Shown: positions 55,356-63,408 of the stretch, piece after piece
Layout of the letters: every line of letters starts with the position of its first letter
Position numbering within the stretch: the stretch's first letter is position 1
Assembly (NCBI GenBank): GCA_963836755.1
Contig: CAWIKF010000002.1
Coordinates: forward strand, 32,001 to 96,000
Direction: 5' to 3'
Length of the DNA stretch: 64,000 nt
Source of the DNA: an uncultured Verrucomicrobiae bacterium
GTDB taxonomy: Bacteria; Verrucomicrobiota; Verrucomicrobiia; Chthoniobacterales; Chthoniobacteraceae
Position numbers and translations under genes: made by a program
Notes under the pieces: model-generated
What the model was told of the DNA's origin: nothing
Databases searched by the model: none
What the model saw: the letters and a program-made list of their open reading frames with translations, nothing else

Positions 55356-56222
55356 GTGCCACCCATTCTCATCATTTTCAATCCCGCGGCGCATAGCGAA
55401 AAGGCGCACGCGCTCCTCCGCAAAATCGAGCAGCTGCCCGGCGGCGCGCAAATCCGGCTGACCACCGCCCCCGGCGAAGCCCGCGCGATCGCCGAGAGCG
55501 CGGTGCGCAAAGGCGTCACCCGCATCGTCGCTGCCGGCGGCGATGGCACGATCAACGAAGTCGTCAACGGCATCGCACATTCCGACGTATCGCTGGGACT
55601 TTTACCGATCGGCACGATGAATGTTTTCGCCGCGGAGCTCGGCCTGCCGCTCAACAGTCTGCGCAAATGCTGGGACATCATCGAGCGCGGCGAGACGCGG
55701 CTGGTCGATCTGCCGCGCGCCAATCGCCACCAATTCGTCCAGCTCGGCGGCGTCGGCTTTGATGCGCAAATTGTCGCGGCGACGAGCTTTGACTCGAAAA
55801 AAACTTTCGGCCCGCTCAGCTACCTTCTTTCCGCGACGCAAATCGCCTCGCAGAAACCGCCGCGGCTCGTCATCGAATCGCCGGCGCACAACTGCAAAGG
55901 CTCGTTCGTCCTCATCGGCAACGGCCGCTACTACGGCGGGCCGTTCGTTATTTTCAAGGAAGCGCTCATCGACGACGGCATGCTCGACGTGCTCGTTTTT
56001 AAGAATCTCGGCTATCTCGATATCGTCCGCTACCTGCAGGCGATCATCTTCGGCACGCACACGCGGTTGAAGGACGTCGAATATTTCCAGACAAAGAAGG
56101 TCAGCATTCACAGCGAGGACGACGTGCCGGTGGAGGTGGATGGCGAAGTAATCGGCAAACTGCCGGTGACCTTCCGCATCGAGCCGCACGGGTTGAAAGT
56201 TTTCGCGCCGCGGCCGAAGTAA
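55356..56222 (+). CDS. Diacylglycerol/lipid kinase family protein (YegS/DagK-like)
   Basis: NP, GGDGTINEV, PIGTMN, GVGFDA, YYGG and DGE motifs. Confidence 0.93.
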   Translation: MPPILIIFNPAAHSEKAHALLRKIEQLPGGAQIRLTTAPGEARAIAESAVRKGVTRIVAAGGDGTINEVVNGIAHSDVSLGLLPIGTMNVFAAELGLPLNSLRKCWDIIERGETRLVDLPRANRHQFVQLGGVGFDAQIVAATSFDSKKTFGPLSYLLSATQIASQKPPRLVIESPAHNCKGSFVLIGNGRYYGGPFVIFKEALIDDGMLDVLVFKNLGYLDIVRYLQAIIFGTHTRLKDVEYFQTKKVSIHSEDDVPVEVDGEVIGKLPVTFRIEPHGLKVFAPRPK

Positions 56223-56852
56223 CTACGGCGGCGTCCGCAGCCGCACGCGCGGTTCGGCCAGAAAGCGCGCCTTGTCGCCGTGTAAAACAAAGAGCAGCTC
56301 TCCGTCGCGCCGCCGCGTCTCGATGAGCTCCGTCAATTGCAGCGCGAGCAAAACTTTGACGCGCGTCTTTTCGTCCGGAATCTCGAGCGGGATTTTGTAA
56401 ATGCTCAGTCGCTCCTCGCGTGCGATCGCTGCCAGCAGCCGCTGCGCCAGCGCGACCTCGTCGGCGTCCAGGCGTCGCAGCGCGCGAAAGTTTCCCCATG
56501 CCGCGAGCGTCATCCGCGGCACCGCCAGCACCACATCGAGCGCCGTCTCGAGAATCGTCTTTTTGTCGCGCACTCGTTCGTCGGGCCAAATCCGCCGCGC
56601 CAGCCAGCAAAGCGCACAAAGAAGCAGCGCGCCCGCGGCGAAAATCGGCCCAAACTGCCACGGCACCTGCGCATCGAATGGCCGCGCAAAAGTCATCGCC
56701 AGCAAAACGAGCCAGTAGAAGACAAAATAGACGAGCGCCCATGCAGCAGCTGCCGCGAGCAGAGTCATCAATGCCAGCCCGATCACGCGGCGATTGTGCC
56801 GCGCGAAATGCTGCTGCAGCGGCGACTCCGCGGCCTCAGAGGGACGGTCCAC
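56223..56852 (-). CDS. Hypothetical membrane protein
   Basis: Two TM segments and a charged C-terminal domain; GTG start overlaps the larE stop. Confidence 0.6.
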   Translation of the reverse strand: MDRPSEAAESPLQQHFARHNRRVIGLALMTLLAAAAAWALVYFVFYWLVLLAMTFARPFDAQVPWQFGPIFAAGALLLCALCWLARRIWPDERVRDKKTILETALDVVLAVPRMTLAAWGNFRALRRLDADEVALAQRLLAAIAREERLSIYKIPLEIPDEKTRVKVLLALQLTELIETRRRDGELLFVLHGDKARFLAEPRVRLRTPP

Positions 56853-57618
56853 GGTATCCTGCGGGATCGATCTCCACCTCGACGTAGCCCACCGCGCGCA
56901 GGCCCGCAACCAGCTCCGCATTCACCGGCGCCAGCCGCGGCATCTCTCCGGGCGCGATCTGCACCCGCGCCTCACTTTCGCTCAAATGCCGCACACGGAA
57001 AACCCGGAAGCCGAGACTTCGCACCAGCTCCTCCCCCTGCTCGATCATCGCCAGCGCCCGCGCCGTCACCGGCGTCCCGTGCGGAATCCGCGACGAAAGA
57101 CACGGCTGCGCCGGCGCATCCGCTGTCGGCAACCCCAGCTCCCGCGACAGCGCGCGAATCTCCGCCTTTGTCAGCCCCGCCTCCTTCAGCGGCGCGATCA
57201 CAGCAAACTCCTCTGCAGCGAGCCGACCGGGGCGCACCTGCGCTGCATCGTCCGCATTCTCGCCATAGGCGATTGCGGCGAAGCCGCGCGCCCGCGCCAG
57301 CTCGTCGAGCTTCGTAAAAAGTTCCGCTTTGCAAAAGTAACAGCGGTTTGGCGGGTTGCTCACATAGCTCTCGTCTTCCATCTCCGCCGTCGCAAGCACC
57401 TCCACTCGCGCCCCGAATCCCGCCGCCACCGCCAGCGCCTCGCGCAACGCCGCCCGCGGCAAACTCGGGCTATCCGCGATCACCCCGAGCGCCTGCTCCC
57501 CGAGCGCCGCATGCGCCACCGCCAGCAAATACGCACTGTCCACCCCGCCCGAATACGCCACCAGAAGCGGCGCATGCTCGCGCAACCGCGCCTTGAGCGT
57601 CTCGACTTTTGACTCCAT
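56836..57618 (-). CDS. larE: LarE-like ATP-dependent sulfur transferase
   Basis: SGGVDS PP-loop, NP.NRCYFCK, RPG and CLSSRIP.G motifs. Confidence 0.9.
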   Translation of the reverse strand: MESKVETLKARLREHAPLLVAYSGGVDSAYLLAVAHAALGEQALGVIADSPSLPRAALREALAVAAGFGARVEVLATAEMEDESYVSNPPNRCYFCKAELFTKLDELARARGFAAIAYGENADDAAQVRPGRLAAEEFAVIAPLKEAGLTKAEIRALSRELGLPTADAPAQPCLSSRIPHGTPVTARALAMIEQGEELVRSLGFRVFRVRHLSESEARVQIAPGEMPRLAPVNAELVAGLRAVGYVEVEIDPAGYRGPSL

Positions 57619-57791
57619 CGCCACTGAGCTTAACACAAATTCGCGCCGCTGCGTTCCCGATTGGAGGCAAAGGCCGGACAAGCATGAATCTTCTGCGCGG
57701 TAAGAGAGTAGTCCATGCGAGCAAGAATACCTGGCCTCATGCCATGATACAACGCGCGTCTGCAGCTCTGCGGCCGGCAAGTAGCCAGTGT

Positions 57792-58328
57792 TCATGTGGA
57801 CAGGTGCCAAGCATGTGTCTCGCTACTGTAGTCCCAGACATCGATCATCCCGCCTGGCTGTGGAAAAGTAAATGTATAGGTCTGACCGTCGGAGTGATAG
57901 CCGTAGCTGCCGCGAAGAAGGCGTGGAATTTGCGGTCGAGATGGTAGCTGGCTGAGATTGGCAGGATATGTTCCGTGCCGCTGCCGATACTGCTCCAGTA
58001 ATGCGGCGACGCAGTCGGGATACGCCTTCGCAGCAGCGACAGCTCGTTGCTGAATGAAGGTATTGATCGGCAACGTAAGAGCCAAACAAGCCGCGCTCAG
58101 AATGACCGCTGAAAGTAGAAGCAGTGGAAGGCGGAGCCCACGTCGAGACAAGATCGCGACCAAAAGAATGATAAGCGCAACACCCGCGCACGGTGCGGCA
58201 ATCCAACATAGGGCTACGCATACGACAATGAACAGGAGCATCGGATCTGCATAAGTAACAATAGTTCCATATCCGATGAGGCCGACTCCGAGGAAAATCC
58301 AACGCCGATTCATGGCAAGCGCGCTCAT
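57792..58328 (-). CDS. Hypothetical membrane protein (cassette-like)
   Basis: Three hydrophobic segments followed by LEQYRQRHGTYPANLSQL; atypical codon usage. Start is uncertain. Confidence 0.6.
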   Translation of the reverse strand: MSALAMNRRWIFLGVGLIGYGTIVTYADPMLLFIVVCVALCWIAAPCAGVALIILLVAILSRRGLRLPLLLLSAVILSAACLALTLPINTFIQQRAVAAAKAYPDCVAALLEQYRQRHGTYPANLSQLPSRPQIPRLLRGSYGYHSDGQTYTFTFPQPGGMIDVWDYSSETHAWHLST

Positions 58329-58373
58329 GCGCAACGACGAACGAGCTTTCAATATGCACCTCGTGATTCCATC

Positions 58374-58658
58374 TCACGGGAGCGCGGCGCACCGGGAACA
58401 AAGTTTGACGCCCTCTGCAACAGGTGCGCCGCAGCGAGCACATCGACTGGGAGGACGAAACGCAATCCAGACTAGAAGGCTGATCGGCCAGCTAATGAAA
58501 AAAACCAGTGCCGCGACTAGACAGCCATTCTTGCCACGTGCTTCTGCGTCGCGGTAGGTCCATCGCAAACTCCAGATAAGGAGTCCCAACACGAGACAAG
58601 CGACGAAAACCGCAAAAAGCGCCGGAGCATAATCTAGAATATGAGGGGATTCATCCAT
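58374..58658 (-). CDS. Small membrane protein with C-terminal zinc ribbon
   Basis: W.YRDA..RG...W.AFRP membrane motif followed by CARCG...CSRC. Confidence 0.65.
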   Translation of the reverse strand: MDESPHILDYAPALFAVFVACLVLGLLIWSLRWTYRDAEARGKNGCLVAALVFFISWPISLLVWIAFRPPSRCARCGAPVAEGVKLCSRCAALP

Positions 58659-58688
58659 TTGAAAACGTGTTTTAACGGGGTTCAAGTT

Positions 58689-58811
58689 CTAACAACCTAT
58701 AAACTCAGTGAGCCCGTTGAGGGCAAACATCGGCTGAATGAGGTCGGCCAAAGCGAAAGCAACTGCGCCGGCAATCCATCCACACACTGCACTGATAAAG
58801 CTCCGTTTCAT
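58689..58811 (-). pseudogene. Truncated cassette ORF (40 aa) running into an attC right half
   Basis: GAGG RBS and ATG directly after the attC-like site; MKRSFISAVCGWIAGAVAFALADL... ends within CTGAGTTT...GTTAGAA. Confidence 0.35.
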
Positions 58812-58827
58812 GAAGATCCTCTGAGTC

Positions 58828-58886
58828 GCCTATCAATACAAAACTCAGCTAACAGCGGAGCCTGTCAGCGCAGCGCATCGTTGCAC
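58828..58886 (-). mobile_element. Degenerate attC-like site
   Basis: GTGCAACGATGCGCTG-N7-AGGCTCCGC...TAGCTGA...GATAGGC directly after a stop codon; related to the site at 59363-59423. Confidence 0.5.
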
Positions 58887-58894
58887 TACGCATA

Positions 58895-59350
58895 TCAGTC
58901 TTGACCTGCGAATTGGAAGTCGCCCGTCTTGTCATCCAGCGTCCCGGCCTGGCTGGAGTTAAAAGCGATCGCGAGTTTGTGCTGCCGATATTGATCGCGT
59001 CCGATCCACTTGATGATCGGCTTCGTGCATCGATACGGCTGAAGGTGTGCATCCACGAATGGGTTTCGATGCCAAAGTATCTTGCCGTCTGGTGCAAAGG
59101 CGGTGATGTGGCGGCCATCGGACTCGACGTAAAAGTAGTTCCCTGTGATGTCATCGTGAAACACCATCGGCTTGATCGTGGCGTCATCGTTGTTGACGGT
59201 AACGCAGTGTGGCAATCCTTGAAGCTCCTTCGGAACAGGCCTATTCCTGCCGTCACCCTTTGGAAAGGTGTCGAGATAAGTGGTGCTTTGCGCGTGAATA
59301 GCTTCGGCAAACAAGATCAATGCGAGAAATGAAACAAGGTGGGATCTCAT
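58895..59350 (-). CDS. Hypothetical secreted protein (cassette-like)
   Basis: MRSHLVSFLALILFAEAIHA signal peptide; bounded by attC-like sites. Confidence 0.65.
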   Translation of the reverse strand: MRSHLVSFLALILFAEAIHAQSTTYLDTFPKGDGRNRPVPKELQGLPHCVTVNNDDATIKPMVFHDDITGNYFYVESDGRHITAFAPDGKILWHRNPFVDAHLQPYRCTKPIIKWIGRDQYRQHKLAIAFNSSQAGTLDDKTGDFQFAGQD

Positions 59351-59362
59351 AAATATCTGGTT

Positions 59363-59423
59363 CACCAACACGAGAACACGATGAGCTACAGGCGGAGCCT
59401 TTTGTTCCATCGCATTGTTAGGC
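59363..59423 (-). mobile_element. Degenerate attC-like site
   Basis: GCCTAAC (RYYYAAC, containing the GrpB stop)-AATGCGATG-N7-AGGCTCCGC...TAGCTCATCGTGTTCTCG. Confidence 0.55.
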
Positions 59424-60017
59424 GTTCCGGTTGTAGTCATTGAATGGTGTATGACATGATGGATACCTCGGCTGGAAGGTAGCTTGTGCTCTCGAGACTT
59501 CATTGATGAACGCTGTCTTGGCGCGGGTATACGCCTCGCGGTCGTGGCGATGCTGCGCGGCGAGTTCGTTTTTGAGAGCTTCGTAGCGTGAGGCGATGGC
59601 CGCATCAGATCGCAGCAAGTCGCGGAACTGCAAATGCAGAACCCACTGCGGACCGCCAAAGACAACCAGGTGGAGATGATGAGTCCTCCGGCCAAAGGCG
59701 TGCCGCATGAGCCAGCGTCGGTCTGGCAGAGTCGCGTTGAAACCGGCAGAAGTCTCGTAGCCGTGCGCGCACAAAGGCTCCAAGAGCGCATCGGCCTCGC
59801 TGAGGGTGCCGACTCCGGCAAGGATGTCGATAATCGGCTTGGCGGCGAGTGCTGGAACGGCGGTGCTGCCGATATGTTCGATTGCTGTGAAACGGCCCGG
59901 TAGAAGATCCAGGAGACGATTCCGCTCCGCTGCGAATCGTGCCGCCCATCGCGGATCGTGCGCCGAAATGTGGACTTCCTCGGAGATAGCCTCGGTTAAG
60001 GAGCTGGCGGGCACCAT
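59418..60017 (-). CDS. GrpB family protein
   Basis: EHIGSTAVP.LAAKPIIDI, HLH, FRD.LR, Y..LK and Y..AK motifs. Confidence 0.92.
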   Translation of the reverse strand: MVPASSLTEAISEEVHISAHDPRWAARFAAERNRLLDLLPGRFTAIEHIGSTAVPALAAKPIIDILAGVGTLSEADALLEPLCAHGYETSAGFNATLPDRRWLMRHAFGRRTHHLHLVVFGGPQWVLHLQFRDLLRSDAAIASRYEALKNELAAQHRHDREAYTRAKTAFINEVSRAQATFQPRYPSCHTPFNDYNRNA

Positions 60018-60035
60018 GACGTGTTAACGTGCGCG

Positions 60036-60075
60036 TTTTCCTCGTTACCAAGCTCCAGCTTGGGCACGAGGAAAA
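60036..60075. repeat. REP-like palindrome / hairpin
   Basis: TTTTCCTCGT-TA-CCAAGCT-CC-AGCTTGG-GC-ACGAGGAAAA, a near-perfect 40-bp inverted repeat 10 bp downstream of the 317-aa gene. Confidence 0.7.
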
Positions 60076-60085
60076 AGATCATCAC

Positions 60086-61039
60086 TCATACCACCGGCGC
60101 GGTGATCGTGATGGTGCGCACGCTGCCCGTCGTCGTCCCGTTTGCATTGGAAACGCGGGTGCGGATTTTCACCGTCTTCCCGACCGCGAACGGCCCGAGC
60201 GCATTCCCACTCGGATCCGCCGCCACCGAGTGCGTGAAATCAGTATCGATCCCCACCACCTGCCACTCGACCACGCTCTGGGCGCTGCCGTCGTAGCTCC
60301 CATTGTCATAGCTCAAAAGCAGGTGCAACCCGTCCGTGCCGCCCTGCAGGATCGTGCGAATGCCGAGCGTGCCCGGCCGGTTCGCATCCTCGGTGACGAT
60401 CTGCCCGAGCGCAGCCTCCAGCGCCGGGTTCGTCCGCGCCTCGCCTTCGAGTTTCGCGTAAGCACGCTTGTTCAGCCGGTCGAGCACCAATGCGTCCAGG
60501 CGCAAAGTCGTGCGCGCCGCCGTCACATCCGCCACGCGATCTTCGAGCGTCTGCTCCAGCGTCGGTTGCGCGGTCATCGCCGTGGTGAGATCGCTCACGC
60601 CTTTGCCGCCACTCGTGATGGCATTGCGCGGCGGCACTTGCGCCGCGAGATACGTGTTCGTTTTCGTCAAAGCTGCCACGACTTTTTTACCGCGCTCCAT
60701 CGCCGAGTCGGTGGTTCTCGGCGTGACGGCGTAGGCGGGTGAGAGGAGGTCGAGCAACGCCGATTCCGCATCGATGCTGTCCGAGAGATCGCCTTGCGCC
60801 GCCGCCGGCAGCGTGAGATCGAGCGCGCGGATGAGCAGGTAACCCTGGTTTTCCGCGTTATTCGCCGCGTCAAAATCGGCCAGCGCATTGTCGCGCGTCT
60901 GGGCGAGTCCATCGAGCGCGTCCGATTGCGTCACCATGTCCGCCGCTGTCGCCGTGCCGATTTTGAGGGTCGGGAGGTATTGATTGATCACCGCCACGGT
61001 CTGCGCCGTGCGTGTTTGGATTGCCTGATAGAATTCCAT
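60086..61039 (-). CDS. Hypothetical protein: two related helical repeats plus C-terminal FN3-like beta-sandwich; no signal peptide
   Basis: Host-like codon usage; internal similarity between G.....D..T......LAQT.D...ADFDAA and G.....D..T......LEQT.ED..ADVTAA; FN3-like end GKTVKIRTRVSNANG. Confidence 0.75.
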   Translation of the reverse strand: MEFYQAIQTRTAQTVAVINQYLPTLKIGTATAADMVTQSDALDGLAQTRDNALADFDAANNAENQGYLLIRALDLTLPAAAQGDLSDSIDAESALLDLLSPAYAVTPRTTDSAMERGKKVVAALTKTNTYLAAQVPPRNAITSGGKGVSDLTTAMTAQPTLEQTLEDRVADVTAARTTLRLDALVLDRLNKRAYAKLEGEARTNPALEAALGQIVTEDANRPGTLGIRTILQGGTDGLHLLLSYDNGSYDGSAQSVVEWQVVGIDTDFTHSVAADPSGNALGPFAVGKTVKIRTRVSNANGTTTGSVRTITITAPVV

Positions 61040-61177
61040 AATTGGTCTTTCTGTTGTTCTGCTGGGTTAAATCCCGCACGGAATGCGCGGGAAAGCTGTT
61101 TTGGCCCCGTCAATCGCCGTTCGCGCGCGCCAACCGCCTCCGCGCGCCGGAGAAACCGCTTTTACTGGCCAAAAAGT

Positions 61178-61408
61178 CATTTCCCGATGCCACGGGGACG
61201 TTTCCACACCCCGCGGAGACGTTTCCCGAGGGCAACCGGACGTTTCCCAACCGCAACCCGACGTTTCCGCACCCCAACCGGCCATTTCCCGATGCCAACC
61301 GGCCATTTCCCAAGCCCAACCGGTGATTTCCCGAGCCCGTGGGGACGTTTCCGAAGCCCAAAGGGACGTTTCCCGACCCCAAAGGGACGTTTCGCGTTCG
61401 GATGTTGG
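61178..61408. repeat. 21-bp degenerate tandem array (10 full units plus a decayed 11th)
   Basis: Units start at 61178, 61199, 61220, 61241, 61262, 61283, 61304, 61325, 61346, 61367 and 61388; consensus cRTTTCCnnAnnSCRnnngGn. Confidence 0.92.
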
Positions 61409-61423
61409 ATTTGGCGGTCATAT

Positions 61424-62164
61424 CTAGTCTTTGCTCTCAATTTCTTCGTCTTCGTCGGCGGTTCCGGCAAAGTCGGCGAGCCGCTCCTCGGCCAGTCGCT
61501 CAAGTCGCCGAGCTTGGGTGAGGAGTGTGGTTCTAAGCCATTTTGTAACTTTGCGTTCGCTAATGACACGAGCGAGGGCGGCGATAGTGCTGGCGCGGCG
61601 GGCAATGCGAACGTCTGGATGCTTGCGCTGCGGAAAGATGTCGGACGGAATAATGCGCCCGACATACGCGTCGGGCAGGTTGATGAGGTCGGTCTTTCGC
61701 GGTGCCTTTTCGTTAAGCACGGCCTTGAACGAAGACTCCTCAATGACTTTGACGTAGAGAGTGTATTCTGCACGGTCGAGTTCGGTCTTGATGTCTTCTT
61801 TGGAAAGATGGCCGAGATCGAGCGGCCAGACGCGGATTTCAGCAACTTCGAATGGGTCGAGGACATTCATCGCCACGGCATCGGTGCGTTGATTGGTAAG
61901 ATGCCGTCCAATACGCGCGCCGAGTCCCTCATAAGTCTGGCCAATGTATATGGGTTCGCCATCGTAATCATAAAAAGCATACACACCGCATTGTGCGGCA
62001 CCGATACGCTTGCCATTTGCGTCGGTGCTTCTCAGGAAAGCCTGGATTTCCCGGCGAATTGCCGCCACGTCACCGGGTTGTCCCTCGGGCAGCGGCTGGA
62101 CGTTAGCGGTTGGCACCGTAGCGGACGGCTTGGCTGCGGGTTTTTGCTTCTTTGGGTTGGGCAT
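61424..62164 (-). CDS. GIY-YIG nuclease, putative restriction endonuclease
   Basis: GVYAFYD...IYIGQT...RIGRH, later E and N (AEY...LNE); overlaps the end of a C5 MTase gene. Confidence 0.8.
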   Translation of the reverse strand: MPNPKKQKPAAKPSATVPTANVQPLPEGQPGDVAAIRREIQAFLRSTDANGKRIGAAQCGVYAFYDYDGEPIYIGQTYEGLGARIGRHLTNQRTDAVAMNVLDPFEVAEIRVWPLDLGHLSKEDIKTELDRAEYTLYVKVIEESSFKAVLNEKAPRKTDLINLPDAYVGRIIPSDIFPQRKHPDVRIARRASTIAALARVISERKVTKWLRTTLLTQARRLERLAEERLADFAGTADEDEEIESKD

Positions 62165-63281
62165 GGAGAGCGTCAGCGAGCGGAGTGAGATAGTTGTCGG
62201 CAATCCAACGGATGGCGGGAACGCAGACAGCATCGCCGAATCCGAAGAGAGCTTGATTGAGAGGCACGTTCACGAGGAAGTCGTCGGCACCCATGAGGCG
62301 GGCGCATTCGCGAGCGGTGAGAAGGCGCACGGCGAAACGATTCTTCCCAGCGACAAACAGAATCTGCCGCCCGCTGCCGCCGCGCGGAGTGCGGAGACAT
62401 CCGGCAATCCCATCGGTTCGCAATTCAGCCATTGAACCTGTCGCACGGACGCGCCGAAAAACTGTGGCGTAGGAGCGTCGCGGAGCGCGGATCATCACTT
62501 CTGCTTGGGCGCGATGCTTGGGACTCATCTGGTTGAGCAGGTAATCGCAACGCTCCTGACTCCACCAAGCGGCGGAATTTGGAGAAAGGTCTTCAATAAG
62601 GTCAGCCAGCCGGGTTTCGTGGTTTGGCAGCGATGGCAGCGGGCGGAGATTCCATTGAACATCCGGGTGCCAGAGGATGAAGTCCGCAAGCGCCGCCGGA
62701 CGCAATTCGCTTTGCAGGAGACTTGGAGTTTCTGCGATTCGTGCGGTGGAACCGTGTTGGCCCACAACGAAAAGTCGCTGGCGGCTCTGTGGGACGAAAC
62801 GCGATGCGTCAATGATGAAGGCGTCCACAACGTAGCCGAGGCCATTGAGGGCGAGCAGCGCCTCGTGGAAGTCCGTGCCATTATGCGAGGTGAGAAAGCC
62901 CGTGACGTTTTCCAGCAAAACCAGCGGTGGCCGGCGCGCTCCCATTTCCTTGAGGACGCGAATGAAACCCCAGAACGCCGAGGAATGTTCGCCAGCGAGA
63001 CCTTTGCGCGCACCGGCAAGCGAGAGGTCATTGCAAGGAAAGGAGGCAGTGGCGAGAGTCGTCGTTGGCACTGTCGTCACATCAAGTGCGTGAATGTCTC
63101 CCAGCACAAACTCCGGTGAAGGACCGAAGTGATGGCAATACATCTCCTTCTTTTTCTCATCGATGTCGTTGGCGAAAACCGTCCGCCATCCTGCCTGATC
63201 CAGCCCGAATCGCATGAGACCGATGCCTGCGAAATACTCCGCAACAGTTGCTCGATTTCCGCATTGGAGGATTTTTTCCAC
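62103..63281 (-). CDS. DNA (cytosine-5)-methyltransferase
   Basis: Motif I FAGIG, IV SFPCND, VI ENV, VIII QSRQR, IX RECARL and X GDAV. Confidence 0.95.
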   Translation of the reverse strand: MEKILQCGNRATVAEYFAGIGLMRFGLDQAGWRTVFANDIDEKKKEMYCHHFGPSPEFVLGDIHALDVTTVPTTTLATASFPCNDLSLAGARKGLAGEHSSAFWGFIRVLKEMGARRPPLVLLENVTGFLTSHNGTDFHEALLALNGLGYVVDAFIIDASRFVPQSRQRLFVVGQHGSTARIAETPSLLQSELRPAALADFILWHPDVQWNLRPLPSLPNHETRLADLIEDLSPNSAAWWSQERCDYLLNQMSPKHRAQAEVMIRAPRRSYATVFRRVRATGSMAELRTDGIAGCLRTPRGGSGRQILFVAGKNRFAVRLLTARECARLMGADDFLVNVPLNQALFGFGDAVCVPAIRWIADNYLTPLADALHAQPKEAKTRSQAVRYGANR

Positions 63282-63408
63282 GGGTTTTACGGTAGTTTAA
63301 TGTTCGCTGCAAAGGCAACCGCGATCTGGGACGCTAGCTCTCCCGCGTTTGTGAAAGCAATGTTTGAATGTCCGTCAAACTTCCTGTGCGAGGGCAGGGG
63401 AAGCCGGT

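Noticed and set aside
61178..61408. CRISPR or TIGR-type guide array
   Set aside because: The 21-bp period is too short for repeat plus spacer, variable bases are scattered 2-3 nt patches, and there is no cas or Nop-domain gene nearby.
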